Source of the DNA: an uncultured Alphaproteobacteria bacterium
GTDB lineage: Bacteria; Pseudomonadota; Alphaproteobacteria; CAZZKF01
Reading direction: 5' to 3'
DNA length: 47,257 nucleotides
Assembly (NCBI GenBank): GCA_964654995.1
Contig: CAZZKF010000006.1
Coordinates: forward strand, 7,029-54,285
Each line of letters opens with the position of its first letter. Positions within the stretch are counted from its first letter, which is position 1. The notes beneath the pieces are model-generated. The model had not been told where the DNA came from. It saw only the letters and a list, made by a program, of their open reading frames with translations, and did not search any database. This document shows positions 1-9,832 of this stretch, piece by piece. The translations under genes and the position numbers were made by a program.

Positions 1-399
1 ATGAAACCCGATCCCGATGCCGCTGTCCTCGAAGCGCTGGCTCGAAAGGCCTTGCAGCGCCTGCCCGCACCCTTGCGCGAGATGCTGGCGGATGTCGCCG
101 TTCATGTCGAGGAACTGCCCGACCGGGAGACGCTGGCGCACTTCGGGATCAGGGACCCATACGGTCTTCTGGGCCTCTATCACGGGGTCAGCCTGCCCCA
201 TAAATCGAGCTTCATCAGCGGTGAAGGCCCTGACGTGATCGTCCTTTACCGGCGCCCGATCATCGCCTTCTGGCGGGCCGGCAGCGACAGCCTTGCCGAC
301 ATTGTTACTCACATCCTGATCCATGAGGCCGGGCATCACTTCGGCTTTTCAGATGCCGAAATGGCGGCGATCGAGCGCGGCGCCCGCGGTCTTCGCTGA
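1..399 (+). CDS. Zincin-like metallopeptidase family protein (Zincin_1/DUF1025 type); the true start may lie upstream of the window
   Basis: HExxH zinc motif in 'ILIHEAGHHFG'; family-typical 'LLGLYHG' and 'PDVIVLYRRPI' segments. Confidence 0.8.
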   Translation: MKPDPDAAVLEALARKALQRLPAPLREMLADVAVHVEELPDRETLAHFGIRDPYGLLGLYHGVSLPHKSSFISGEGPDVIVLYRRPIIAFWRAGSDSLADIVTHILIHEAGHHFGFSDAEMAAIERGARGLR

Positions 400-407
400 A
401 TCGCCGA

Positions 408-1121
408 TCAGCGCCTGCTCAACAGGCGGTCCACATAGTCGGGCACCACTTCCGTGGCCGGGCCGACGATGTGCTCGGCAAACAGCGAGGCGCCATCGGA
501 GGGTTCGAGATTGAGCTCGACCGTATGCGCCCGGCCGATATTGCGCACCCGGGCGATGAAGCCGGCGGCCGGATAGACCTGACCCGAGGTGCCGATCGAG
601 ATGAACAGGTCGCAGCCTTCCAGCAGCCGGTCGATTTCCTCCATGTGCAGCGGCATCTCGCCGAACCAGACGACATCCGGGCGCATGCGGCCCTTGGTGC
701 CGCAAGCCTCGCAGACCGTCTCCAGCGACAGATCCTGCTCCCACACCAGCCGGGTGCCGCAGGCGGCGCACCGCGCCTTGAGCATCTCGCCGTGCATGTG
801 AACGACGCGCGTGGAACCGGCGCGCTCATGCAGATTGTCGATGTTCTGGGTGACCACCGTCACCTCGCCGGCATGTTCGGCCTCGAGCCGCGCCAGCGCG
901 TGATGCGCGGCATTGGGCTCGGCGCTCGCCATGCGGGCGCGCCGCGCATTGTAGAATTCATGCACCAGCACCGGATTGCGGGCGAAGCCTTCGGGTGTCG
1001 CCACCTCGTTCAGGTCATAGCGGGTCCACAGCCCGTCCTTGCCGCGAAAGGTGCCGAGCCCGGATTCGGCCGAGACGCCGGCCCCCGTAAGAATGACGAT
1101 GCGCTGGTATCTGCTGGTCAT
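408..1121 (-). CDS. cobB: NAD-dependent protein deacylase (sirtuin, CobB type); alternative start at 1133
   Basis: Sirtuin motifs GAGVSAESG..TFR, TQNID, HG, two CxxC zinc pairs, RPDVVWFGE, GTSGQVYPAA. Confidence 0.93.
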   Translation of the reverse strand: MTSRYQRIVILTGAGVSAESGLGTFRGKDGLWTRYDLNEVATPEGFARNPVLVHEFYNARRARMASAEPNAAHHALARLEAEHAGEVTVVTQNIDNLHERAGSTRVVHMHGEMLKARCAACGTRLVWEQDLSLETVCEACGTKGRMRPDVVWFGEMPLHMEEIDRLLEGCDLFISIGTSGQVYPAAGFIARVRNIGRAHTVELNLEPSDGASLFAEHIVGPATEVVPDYVDRLLSRR

Positions 1122-1245
1122 GATCTGCCGCATGTCGAGCTGACTGGAATCCGGGTCCAATTAACGCCACAATGGCCGCGCGCTGCAAGTCCCGGTGCAC
1201 ATGTCGCGCCGGGGGCAGGCCGCTGGCGGGAATGGAGGCTGATTC

Positions 1246-1749
1246 TTGGTCAAGGTTCTGTTCGTCTGCATGGGCAACATCTGTCGCTCGCCCCTGGCCG
1301 AAGGAGCGTTTTGCCATCTGCTCGCACAGGCCGAAGCGGCCGGCGAAGACTTGCCCGCCATCGAGGTCGATTCGGCCGGCACCATCAGCTTTCACGCCGG
1401 CGAGCCCCCGGATGCGCGGGCCCAGGATGCAGCCCGCCAGCGCGGCATCGATCTGGGCGGTCAGTTGGCCCGGCGGATCCGCAAATCGGACTTTTATGCC
1501 TTCGACTACATTCTCGCCATGGACCACGCCAATCTCGCCGACCTGCAGGCCCTGCGCCCGGCCGACGCCACGGCCGATCTGCGCCTGTTTCTCGACTTCG
1601 CGCCCGATCTCGGCATCGACGAGGTGCCCGACCCGTACTATGGCGGGCGCGACGGCTTCGACTATGTGCTGGATCTGGTGGAGGCCGGCGCCCAGGGGCT
1701 GCTCAATGACATTCGCCGCCGCTTCGGTGCCCGCACGTCAGCGCCGTGA
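1246..1749 (+). CDS. Low molecular weight protein-tyrosine phosphatase
   Basis: P-loop 'VCMGNICRSP', 'VDSAG' and 'VPDPYYG'; TTG start after GGAGG. Confidence 0.93.
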   Translation: MVKVLFVCMGNICRSPLAEGAFCHLLAQAEAAGEDLPAIEVDSAGTISFHAGEPPDARAQDAARQRGIDLGGQLARRIRKSDFYAFDYILAMDHANLADLQALRPADATADLRLFLDFAPDLGIDEVPDPYYGGRDGFDYVLDLVEAGAQGLLNDIRRRFGARTSAP

Positions 1750-2603
1750 ACACGCCCGCCTGGTACGCACGGATCGAGGCCGCCCTGGGCCGGGCGCCGC
1801 GCACCCATCGGCCGCTTTCGGGCGGCTGCATCGCCGCCGTCCACAAACTCGAGATGCCAGACGGCGCACCGCTGGTCGCCAAGCTCGGGGCGGAGGCCGC
1901 ACAGATCGAATGCGAAGCCTGGATGCTGCGCTATCTGGCCGAGCACACCCGGCTGCCGGTACCCGGCGTTGTCCATGCCGCGGGCGATCTGCTGATCATG
2001 GAGTGGCTGCCCGGTGGCGATGGCTTGAGCGAGGCTGCGCAGGAACATGCCGCCGAGCTGCTCGCCGCCCTGCACGCCACCAAGGGGCCGGCCTTCGGAC
2101 TGGCGCGCGACACGCTGATCGGCGGGCTCCATCAGCCCAACCCGAACACCAACTCATGGATCGCCTTTTTCCGCGACCACCGGCTGCTCTACATGGCGCG
2201 CGTGGCGCACGAATCAGGACGTTTGCCGTCCGCCATGTACCGCCGGATCGTGGGATTGGCCGAACGTCTCGATGACCTGCTCGAAGAACCCGACCAGCCG
2301 GCGCTCATTCACGGCGACATGTGGACCGGGAATGTGCTGGTGCATGGCGGCCGCATCTCCGGCTTTGTCGATCCGGCGATCTATTATGCGGACCCCGAGA
2401 TCGAGCTGGCGTTCAGCACCCTGTTCGGCACCTTCGGCGAGCCGTTCTTTCGCCGCTATGGCGAGATTCGCCCCTTGCGGCCCGGCTTCTTCGAGGTTCG
2501 CCGCGATCTCTACAATCTCTGGCCCCTGCTCGTCCATGTCGAGCTGTTCGGTGCCGCCTATTTGAGCGGTATCGAGCGGGTGCTCAGCCGCCACGGCCTG
2601 TGA
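1746..2603 (+). CDS. Fructosamine kinase family protein
   Basis: 'LSGGCI' ATP loop, 'LIHGDMWTGN', 'FVDPAIYYADPEIELA'; GTGA overlap with the upstream stop. Confidence 0.9.
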   Translation: MNTPAWYARIEAALGRAPRTHRPLSGGCIAAVHKLEMPDGAPLVAKLGAEAAQIECEAWMLRYLAEHTRLPVPGVVHAAGDLLIMEWLPGGDGLSEAAQEHAAELLAALHATKGPAFGLARDTLIGGLHQPNPNTNSWIAFFRDHRLLYMARVAHESGRLPSAMYRRIVGLAERLDDLLEEPDQPALIHGDMWTGNVLVHGGRISGFVDPAIYYADPEIELAFSTLFGTFGEPFFRRYGEIRPLRPGFFEVRRDLYNLWPLLVHVELFGAAYLSGIERVLSRHGL

Positions 2604-3153
2604 GTTTCGCCCGCGCCTCGGACAGGGGGTAGCTCTCCTCGATCCGGTAGATCGCGCCCGAGGCCGAGAGAAAGCTGGAAAACAGCGCAAAGCGGGTCAC
2701 TTCGATTCCCGGAATGTAAAGCCCGTCATGGCTTTGCAGAAAGCTTTCGACCTTTGCCGCCTTGGCGTTCTTGAGCCGTGCCAGGGTGACATGCGGCTTG
2801 AATTTACGGCCCTCGGGCGCCAGCCCGCAATCGATCAGCCGATGCTCGATCTTGTCGTGCAGCGCAATGACCGGCTCGTCGGGCGTAATGCCGGCCCACA
2901 GCACCCGGGGCTGGCGCAGCTTGCCGAACAGACCGACGCCGGTGATCGCCAGAGAAAGGGGTGGAGCCGAAATCTCGCCGAGGCCGATGCGGATATCCTC
3001 GAAGCGGGCGCCATCGACCTCGCCGATGAAGCGCAGGGTGATGTGCATCTGCTCAGGCCGCAGCCAGCGGGCGCCGGGCACGCCGCCGCCCAGCGCAGCG
3101 AGGCGCCCGCGCACGTCTTCCGGCAATTCCAGTGCCACGAACAGCCGAATCAT
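2584..3153 (-). CDS. thpR: RNA 2',3'-cyclic phosphodiesterase (2H phosphoesterase, ThpR/LigT family)
   Basis: 'MIRLFVAL' N-terminus and two HxT motifs (HITL, PHVTLAR). Confidence 0.9.
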   Translation of the reverse strand: MIRLFVALELPEDVRGRLAALGGGVPGARWLRPEQMHITLRFIGEVDGARFEDIRIGLGEISAPPLSLAITGVGLFGKLRQPRVLWAGITPDEPVIALHDKIEHRLIDCGLAPEGRKFKPHVTLARLKNAKAAKVESFLQSHDGLYIPGIEVTRFALFSSFLSASGAIYRIEESYPLSEARAKLTGRGG

Positions 3154-3165
3154 GATTTTGGTCTC

Positions 3166-3930
3166 TCAACGCTCGCGCGCTTGTGCCGGGCGGTCCCAGT
3201 TGCCGCCCTGCACCGCCTTGCCGCCGATCGGCACCTTCGGCTGGACCGGGCCTTCGGGCTTGAGCGCGAAGGCGCGGTCGAAAAACAGCGAGGTCGTGGT
3301 GCGATGGTGGTGGCAGGCCCGGAAATCGTGAAAATCCACCTGAATCAGCCCGCTGCCGCGCAGGTAGGCGGCACTCTGCGGGTACCACTCGGAATTATCG
3401 AGGATCATCAGCCCGCCGTTTTTCAGCGCCGGGCGGGCAACCCGGCAGCATTCATAGCGGTTTTCGCGGCAGTCGATGACGATGATATCGAATTGGCGCG
3501 CCAGACCGCGGAACAGATCGGGCAGGCCACCGGGCTCGGCATGATGTACGGTGACATTGGCGAGCGCATCGCGCTCCAGCGCCCGGCACCAGTCGCGGTC
3601 GTTGTCCAGCATGGTGACCGAGGCGGCACGCCGGCTCCAGAAGCGGGTCGAATTGCCGCCACCGAATTCGCAGACATCGCAGGCCGAAACGTCGAGTCCC
3701 ATCAGATATTCGACGGCGCCGTAAGCCAGCATCGGAATCGGCGTACCATCGCCGAGTTCCGCCTTGCCACTCTCCACGGACCGCGCAAAGCCCAGGTCTT
3801 CGGAGAGAATCTTGAGCGCCGAGGCAAGAAACATCCAGGCGCCCGAGAGCTCGATGACGGAGAGGTTCCTGCGCAGCTCCTCCGCATCGCCGGCGGAAGA
3901 GGATTTGGGTGCAACCCGTCCCCAGAACAC
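3166..3930 (-). CDS. Putative class I SAM-dependent methyltransferase
   Basis: Motif I-like 'VCEFGGGNST', 'FDIIVID', 'LKNGGLMILDNS'; GGAGG upstream of a GTG start. Confidence 0.65.
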   Translation of the reverse strand: MFWGRVAPKSSSAGDAEELRRNLSVIELSGAWMFLASALKILSEDLGFARSVESGKAELGDGTPIPMLAYGAVEYLMGLDVSACDVCEFGGGNSTRFWSRRAASVTMLDNDRDWCRALERDALANVTVHHAEPGGLPDLFRGLARQFDIIVIDCRENRYECCRVARPALKNGGLMILDNSEWYPQSAAYLRGSGLIQVDFHDFRACHHHRTTTSLFFDRAFALKPEGPVQPKVPIGGKAVQGGNWDRPAQARER

Positions 3931-4040
3931 GGCTTGGGCCTCCTTCCTTGTCGCTCAACGCTCCGCCGGCAACCGCCTGTCAGGCCTGAGCCGCCGGCGT
4001 TTGGCTCACTTTAGAACATTTTTGACCCGGTTGGAGCCGG

Positions 4041-4754
4041 CTATTGCCGCGCTTTGCCTTTCAGCAGGTCGATGACCATCGGCGCGATGCGGGCGACGAT
4101 CTCGGCCACGCCGCCGGCCGTCGGATGCTTGCCGTCACGCTGCACCAGGTTGGGCCGGCCGGCAACGCCGTCGAGGAAAAACGGGTAAAGCGGCACGCCG
4201 TATCGGGCGGCCAGGTCCGGATAGATGGCGTTGAATGCGGCCTCGTATTCGCGCCCCATGTTGGGCGGCGCGCGCATGCCGGCCAGCAGCACACCAATCC
4301 CGCGGGCCTTGAGGCGGGCCAGAATCGCCGCCAGATTACGCCGGGTAAGCGCCGGGTCGAGCCCGCGCAGGGCATCATTGGCACCCAATTCGACAATCAC
4401 CAAATCGGGGTCGCCGATGATCGCCCAGTCGAGCCGGGCGCGGCCGCCGGCCGTGGTATCGCCCGAGATACTGGCGTTTTCCACCCGCACATTCACGCCC
4501 GCGGCCTGGAGCGCGCGCTCGAGTTGCGGCGCAAAGCCCTCGTCAGGCGGCAGATTGTAGCCCGCCCCGAGGCTGTCGCCGAAGACGACAACGATTTTCG
4601 CGCCGGTCCCGGCGGCGGCCCGGGCACCAGCGGCCGCCAGGGCGACAACAAGCAGCAGCACCGCTGCAAGCACCCACTCACCAAGAAGTTTGTTGCGCCG
4701 CCCCCCGGTTTTGCCATAAGCCTCGCCAATGGCGCGCAACAGTCTGTCCGGCAT
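4041..4754 (-). CDS. tesA: Arylesterase / acyl-CoA thioesterase I (SGNH/GDSL hydrolase, TesA-like) with signal peptide; start uncertain (4754 or 4673)
   Basis: GDSL, 'NASISGDTT', 'ELGANDALRG', 'DGKHP'; hydrophobic leader ending ARA; divergent from a YbbA-like ATPase. Confidence 0.85.
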   Translation of the reverse strand: MPDRLLRAIGEAYGKTGGRRNKLLGEWVLAAVLLLVVALAAAGARAAAGTGAKIVVVFGDSLGAGYNLPPDEGFAPQLERALQAAGVNVRVENASISGDTTAGGRARLDWAIIGDPDLVIVELGANDALRGLDPALTRRNLAAILARLKARGIGVLLAGMRAPPNMGREYEAAFNAIYPDLAARYGVPLYPFFLDGVAGRPNLVQRDGKHPTAGGVAEIVARIAPMVIDLLKGKARQ

Positions 4755-5451
4755 GATCGACCCCATGATCCGACTCGAGGATGTCCAGCTCACACTGAAG
4801 AGCGGCGCCGGCGCCGTCAACATCCTGCGTGGAATCGACCTCGAAATCGCCGCCGGTGAAGCGGTCGGCCTCACCGGCCCGTCGGGGTCGGGGAAGTCGA
4901 CGCTGCTGGCCGTCATTGCCGGGCTCGAGCAGGTGAGCCGCGGCCGCGTCCATGTTGCCGGCACCGACATCACCGGTCTGGACGAAGACGCGCTGGCCCT
5001 GTTCCGGCGCGATCACGTCGGCATCGTCTTTCAGTCGTTTCACCTGATCCCGACCATGACCGCCCTGGAGAACGTTGCCGTGCCGCTCGAGCTGGCGGGC
5101 CGGGAGGATGCCTTCGAGCAGGCCGCGGCCGAACTCGAGGCGGTCGGGCTGGACCACCGGCTGAGCCATTACCCGGGCCAGCTTTCGGGTGGCGAGCAAC
5201 AGCGGGTGGCGCTGGCCCGGGCGCTGGCGCCGGGGCCCGACCTGCTGCTCGCCGACGAGCCGACCGGCAATCTCGATGCCGGAACCGGGGCGGTCGTCAT
5301 CGATCTGATGTTTCGCCTGCATGCGCGCCGCGGCACGACGTTCCTGCTGATCACCCACGACGGCGATCTGGCGGCGCGCTGTGACCGGGTGATCCGACTG
5401 CATGACGGGCGCGTCGCCGGTGAGGACGCACGGCGCCGCGCGGTGCCATGA
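4753..5451 (+). CDS. ABC transporter ATP-binding protein (YbbA/LolD-like)
   Basis: Walker A GPSGSGKS, LSGGEQQR signature, Walker B LLLADEPTGNLD, H-loop ITHD. Confidence 0.93.
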   Translation: MIDPMIRLEDVQLTLKSGAGAVNILRGIDLEIAAGEAVGLTGPSGSGKSTLLAVIAGLEQVSRGRVHVAGTDITGLDEDALALFRRDHVGIVFQSFHLIPTMTALENVAVPLELAGREDAFEQAAAELEAVGLDHRLSHYPGQLSGGEQQRVALARALAPGPDLLLADEPTGNLDAGTGAVVIDLMFRLHARRGTTFLLITHDGDLAARCDRVIRLHDGRVAGEDARRRAVP

Positions 5452-7976
5452 AGGCGCGCCTGCCGCTCGCCCTGAGACTGGCACGGCGCGAGCTGCGCAG
5501 CGGCCTGTCCGGCTTTCGCATCTTCACCATCTGTCTGGTGCTCGGCGTCGGCACCATCGCCGGCGTCGGGTCCCTGCGTCAGGCGCTGGTCGACGGCCTG
5601 CGCGACCAGGGCCGGGTTCTGCTTGGCGGTGACGTTGAGCTGCAGCTTACCCACCGCCCGGCCAGCGCCGACGAGCTCGCCTTCCTGAAGGGTTCGGGTC
5701 AACTGTCGAGAACCATCGAGATGCGGGCGATGGTGCGCCCGGCCGACGGCGGCGAGGCGGCGCTCATCGAGCTCAAGGCGGTGGACGAAGCCTATCCCCT
5801 GTACGGGGCGATGGCCCTGGCCCCCGACATGCCGCTCAGCGAAGCTCTGGCCCTGGATGCATCAGGTACGCCCGGGGTGGTGGTCGAGACCACCCTTCTG
5901 GAGCGCCTCGGTGTTGGCGTCGGCGCCCGCCTGCGCCTCGGCGACGCGGAGGTGATCGTGCGCGCGGCAATCAAACGCGAGCCGGACCGGAGCGGCCACG
6001 GCATCGCCTTCGGGCCGCGCCTGATGATTGCTGCCTCCAGCCTGCCGGCCACCGGCCTGGTGCGCCCCGGCAGCCTGCTGCGCCACCACTACCGTCTCAA
6101 ACTCGCCGAGGGGATCGAGCTGACCGCCTGGACGGCGGAGCTGCAGAGGCGTTTCCCGAACGCCGGCTGGCGGCTTCTGGACCGCAATAATGCGGCGCCA
6201 GGAGTGCGCCGCTTCGTCGATCGCATGGGCCTGTTTCTCACCCTTGTCGGCCTCACCGCGCTGGTGGTCGGCGGTGTCGGCATCGCCAACGCAGTGACCA
6301 GCTATCTCAAGGGCCGCACCGCCACCATCGCGGTGCTGAAATGCGTCGGTGCCCGCGGCCGGCTGATCTTTCAGATCTATCTCGTGCAGGTCCTCATGCT
6401 GGCGATGCTGGGGATCGGCCTCGGGCTGGCTTTCGGTGCGCTGGTGCCGATGGCGCTGGCCGGCTATCTCGCCGAGCGTCTGCCGATCACCGCCGCGATC
6501 GGCGTCTACCCCAAGGTGCTGGCGCTGGCCGCCATCTATGGTGTGCTGATCGTTCTGGCGTTCACCATCTGGCCCCTGGCGCAGGCCCGCGAGGTGCCGG
6601 CGGCCCGCCTGTTCCGGGCCCTGGCGGCACCGCTGCGGCGCCGGCCCGGGCCTTTCTATATTGTTCTCGCCGGGAGCGCTCTGGCCGCTCTGGCGGCGCT
6701 GGCGATCCGGTATTCCGGCGACGCCATGCTGGCCGGCTGGTTCGTTGCCGGAACCGCAGCAAGCTTTGCCATCCTGCGCGGTGCCGCCGCCCTGGTCATG
6801 CGCGGCGCAGCGCGTCTGCCGCGATCGCGCCATCACCGGCTGCGCATGGCGATCGCCAATCTTCACCGGCCGGCAGCGCCGACCCCGATCGTCACCCTGT
6901 CGCTGGGCCTGGGCCTGACGCTGATGGTCACCGTGGCGCTGATCGAAGGCAATCTGTCGGCCCGGGTCCGCGATCAGCTTCCGCAAGCGGCGCCGTCGTT
7001 CTTTTTCATCGACATTCAGGCCGACGAGTCCGCAGCATTTGAGGCGCTGGCCCGCCGACTGCCCGGAGTGGACGAGGTCAAGCAGGTGCCGATGCTGCGC
7101 GGGCGCATCACCCGGATCAATGGCGTGCCGGTGGAACGCGCGCGCATCCAGCCGCATGCACAGTGGGCGGTGCGCGGCGACCGCGGGCTCACCTACGCCC
7201 GCGAGGTCCCCCCGGGCAATCGCATCACTGCCGGGCAGTGGTGGCCGCCCGACTATGCCGGCCCGCCGGCGATCTCCTTTGACGAGGAACTGGCCCGCGG
7301 CATGGGCCTGAGCGTCGGCGATACGCTGACGCTGAATATCATGGGCCGCGAGATCACCGCCCGCATCGCCAGTCTGCGCTACATCGACTGGGGCACGCTG
7401 GCGCTCAACTTCGCCATCGTCTTCGCGCCCGGCACCCTGGAGACCGCACCCCACAGCTTTCTCGCCACGGTCAAGGCCCGCCCGGAGCGCGAAAACGCCG
7501 TCCACCGGGCACTGACCAAGCGATTTCCGGGGGTGACCGCCATTCGCATGCGCGACGTGCTCGACGCCGTGAACAGCCTGCTCTCCGACATCGGTGCGGC
7601 GATTCGCACCACCAACATCGTCGCCTTGCTGTCCGGCGTCATCGTGCTGGCCGGCGCCATGGCCGCCGGGCGCTCCGAGCGCATCTATGACGCCGTCGTG
7701 CTCAAGGTGCTGGGTGCGCGGCGCCGCGACCTGCTGGCAACTTACGTGCTCGAATATGCGCTCCTCGGGCTGATCGCCGCCACCATCGCCGCCGGCATCG
7801 GGACGCTGGCCGCCTATCTGGTGCTGACCCGGATCATGGACATGGGCTGGACATTCCTGCCCATGACCCTGATTGTCACCACCCTGGGCGCGGTGGCGAT
7901 CACGGTGACGCTGGGGCTCTTCGGCACCTGGCGGGTTCTCGGCGGCAAGCCGACGCGGGTGTTGCGCAGCGAATAG
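5448..7976 (+). CDS. ABC transporter permease (YbbP-like, duplicated FtsX/MacB-type domains)
   Basis: 842 aa with two TM clusters and periplasmic domains, 'LLGGD', 'PSFFFIDIQ', 'LKVLGA'; ATGA overlap with the ATPase. Confidence 0.88.
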   Translation: MKARLPLALRLARRELRSGLSGFRIFTICLVLGVGTIAGVGSLRQALVDGLRDQGRVLLGGDVELQLTHRPASADELAFLKGSGQLSRTIEMRAMVRPADGGEAALIELKAVDEAYPLYGAMALAPDMPLSEALALDASGTPGVVVETTLLERLGVGVGARLRLGDAEVIVRAAIKREPDRSGHGIAFGPRLMIAASSLPATGLVRPGSLLRHHYRLKLAEGIELTAWTAELQRRFPNAGWRLLDRNNAAPGVRRFVDRMGLFLTLVGLTALVVGGVGIANAVTSYLKGRTATIAVLKCVGARGRLIFQIYLVQVLMLAMLGIGLGLAFGALVPMALAGYLAERLPITAAIGVYPKVLALAAIYGVLIVLAFTIWPLAQAREVPAARLFRALAAPLRRRPGPFYIVLAGSALAALAALAIRYSGDAMLAGWFVAGTAASFAILRGAAALVMRGAARLPRSRHHRLRMAIANLHRPAAPTPIVTLSLGLGLTLMVTVALIEGNLSARVRDQLPQAAPSFFFIDIQADESAAFEALARRLPGVDEVKQVPMLRGRITRINGVPVERARIQPHAQWAVRGDRGLTYAREVPPGNRITAGQWWPPDYAGPPAISFDEELARGMGLSVGDTLTLNIMGREITARIASLRYIDWGTLALNFAIVFAPGTLETAPHSFLATVKARPERENAVHRALTKRFPGVTAIRMRDVLDAVNSLLSDIGAAIRTTNIVALLSGVIVLAGAMAAGRSERIYDAVVLKVLGARRRDLLATYVLEYALLGLIAATIAAGIGTLAAYLVLTRIMDMGWTFLPMTLIVTTLGAVAITVTLGLFGTWRVLGGKPTRVLRSE

Positions 7977-8088
7977 GTGGCGGTATCGGTCGCGCCCACC
8001 TTGAAATCGCCGCATTTTCGCCCGATATTTGATCGGGAGCCGTTGGCCACGAGATCTTACGCACGAGACAGCGAGAAAAGGACGAACC

Positions 8089-8805
8089 ATGCCAGACAGA
8101 TATCAAAGCCGATATGCGACTGCCGCGCCGCAGGCGCGCGCCGCGATCGACGAGGGCCTGCGCGCCTACATGCTCAAGGTTTACAACTACATGGCCTCGG
8201 GCGTGCTGCTCACCGGCATCGTCGCCTATGCGACTGCCAACACGCCGGCGCTGTTCCAGGCGATTTTCGGTACGCCCCTGTTCTGGCTGGTGGCGCTGGC
8301 ACCGCTCGGCATCGTGTTCTTCATGGGCGCCCGGATCAACAAGATGAGCGCATCCGCCGTCCAGACCACCTTCTGGATTTTCTCCGGGCTCATGGGCCTG
8401 TCTCTGGCCTCCATTTTTGTGGTGTACACGGGCCTGAGCATCTCGCGGGTGTTTTTCATCACCGCCGGCGCCTTTTCGGCGCTCAGCCTCTATGGCTACA
8501 CGACGCGCCGCGACCTCACCGGGTTCGGCTCGTTCCTGATGATGGGCCTGTTCGGCATCATCATCGCCATGATCGTCAACATCTTTCTGGCATCCAGCAT
8601 GCTGGACTTCATGATCTCGACGATCGGCGTGCTGATCTTTGCCGGGCTGACCGCCTATGACACCCAGGCCATTCGCCGGATGTATCTGGCCAGCGACGGC
8701 CATGAGGTCGGCACCAAGAAGGCGGTGATGGGCGCGCTGCGGCTTTATCTCGACTTCATCAACCTGTTCCTGATGCTGCTGCGTCTGTTCGGCAGCCGCA
8801 ATTGA
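8089..8805 (+). CDS. Bax inhibitor-1/YccA family membrane protein
   Basis: 'IDEGLRAYMLKVYNYMA', 'YGYTTRRDL', 'LTAYDTQ', 'ALRLYLDFINLF'; multiple TM helices; AAGGA RBS. Confidence 0.92.
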   Translation: MPDRYQSRYATAAPQARAAIDEGLRAYMLKVYNYMASGVLLTGIVAYATANTPALFQAIFGTPLFWLVALAPLGIVFFMGARINKMSASAVQTTFWIFSGLMGLSLASIFVVYTGLSISRVFFITAGAFSALSLYGYTTRRDLTGFGSFLMMGLFGIIIAMIVNIFLASSMLDFMISTIGVLIFAGLTAYDTQAIRRMYLASDGHEVGTKKAVMGALRLYLDFINLFLMLLRLFGSRN

Positions 8806-8830
8806 ACAGCGGCAAACGATCGATAAGAAT

Positions 8831-8864
8831 GCGGGCGGTTCCCAGGGACCGCCCGTTGTTTTTT
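8831..8864 (+). terminator. Rho-independent terminator between the convergent BI-1 gene and flgL
   Basis: GCGGGCGGTTCC-CAG-GGACCGCCCGT stem-loop followed by TGTTTTTT. Confidence 0.8.
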
Positions 8865-8878
8865 GCCCGTGAGAAGTC

Positions 8879-9802
8879 CTAGATGAAGTCCAGCAGGGTG
8901 AGATCGAAGAGCGTGCCGAGCGCTCTGTAGGACGCCTGGAGCGCCTGCTGGTCGGCATTCAGGTTGAGGATCGCCTCGGCCATGTCGACGTCCTCGATGT
9001 CCGAGATGAACTTCGAGAGAAAGGTGATGTCGGCCTCGGTCCGGTCGCGAACCATGTCGAGGCGCTTGAGGCGCTCGCCATTGATCGTCGAGGCCTGAAG
9101 CAAACCGTCGATCGCCGCCTCGATCACCGGCAGCTCGGATTCCAGAAAGCTGCGCTGGGTCGCCGTCAACGGGCCGTCCAGAGGCCCGTCCGGCCCGGAA
9201 TTGAAATCGGCAAGATCGCGGATGATCTGCAGCAGCGGCTGGCCGATCTGGTCGGCCAGCAGGCCGAATTCCATGGTCACCGAATCGTCGACCCGGGCGG
9301 CCGGTTTGGTCTGGCTGTTCTGGAAGGCATCCGAAACCGATGCCAGGCCCTGGAGGTCGCTCACACTCGACACGGTGACCGGGGCGGCATCGCTGCGCAG
9401 GCCGCCGAACAGAAAGACGCCGCCCATATCCGCGTTCAGCGAGCCGGTGATCGCCTTGAAGGCGCCGCTCAAGGTGTCGTCGAAGGCGATGATCTGCTCG
9501 TTGGCGACCGAGGTAAGGATGAACTTGCGCAGGTCCTCGACCGTCGTCCGCAGGCTTTCGAGATGAACGTCGTTGAACTCCAGGCGCCCGCGGACCTCGG
9601 TGATCGTATCGAGCTGGGCGACGCTCCGGGTCTTCAGGGCCTTGGCGCCGAGCAGGGTTTCCAGCTCCCGCGACAATCCCTTGTACTGTTGCACCTTCTT
9701 GCCGCTGTTGATCTGCTGCTGGCTGCGTGCAATGCGCTCCTGATTGCGCAACAGATCAGCCAGAAGCGACTGATTGAGACCAAAGCTCGATACGCGTGGC
9801 AT
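8879..9802 (-). CDS. flgL: Flagellar hook-associated protein 3
   Basis: Flagellin-like termini ('QQQINSGKK', 'SDIEDVDMAEAI..LQASY..LTLLDFI'), 'FLFGG'; directly downstream of flgK. Confidence 0.85.
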   Translation of the reverse strand: MPRVSSFGLNQSLLADLLRNQERIARSQQQINSGKKVQQYKGLSRELETLLGAKALKTRSVAQLDTITEVRGRLEFNDVHLESLRTTVEDLRKFILTSVANEQIIAFDDTLSGAFKAITGSLNADMGGVFLFGGLRSDAAPVTVSSVSDLQGLASVSDAFQNSQTKPAARVDDSVTMEFGLLADQIGQPLLQIIRDLADFNSGPDGPLDGPLTATQRSFLESELPVIEAAIDGLLQASTINGERLKRLDMVRDRTEADITFLSKFISDIEDVDMAEAILNLNADQQALQASYRALGTLFDLTLLDFI

Positions 9803-9832
9803 ATCACCAATTCCCTCGTGTTGACGCTGTCG

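Noticed and set aside
8879-9802. Flagellin call for the 307-aa flagellin-like ORF
   Set aside because: Its position directly after flgK and its terminal motifs fit FlgL better
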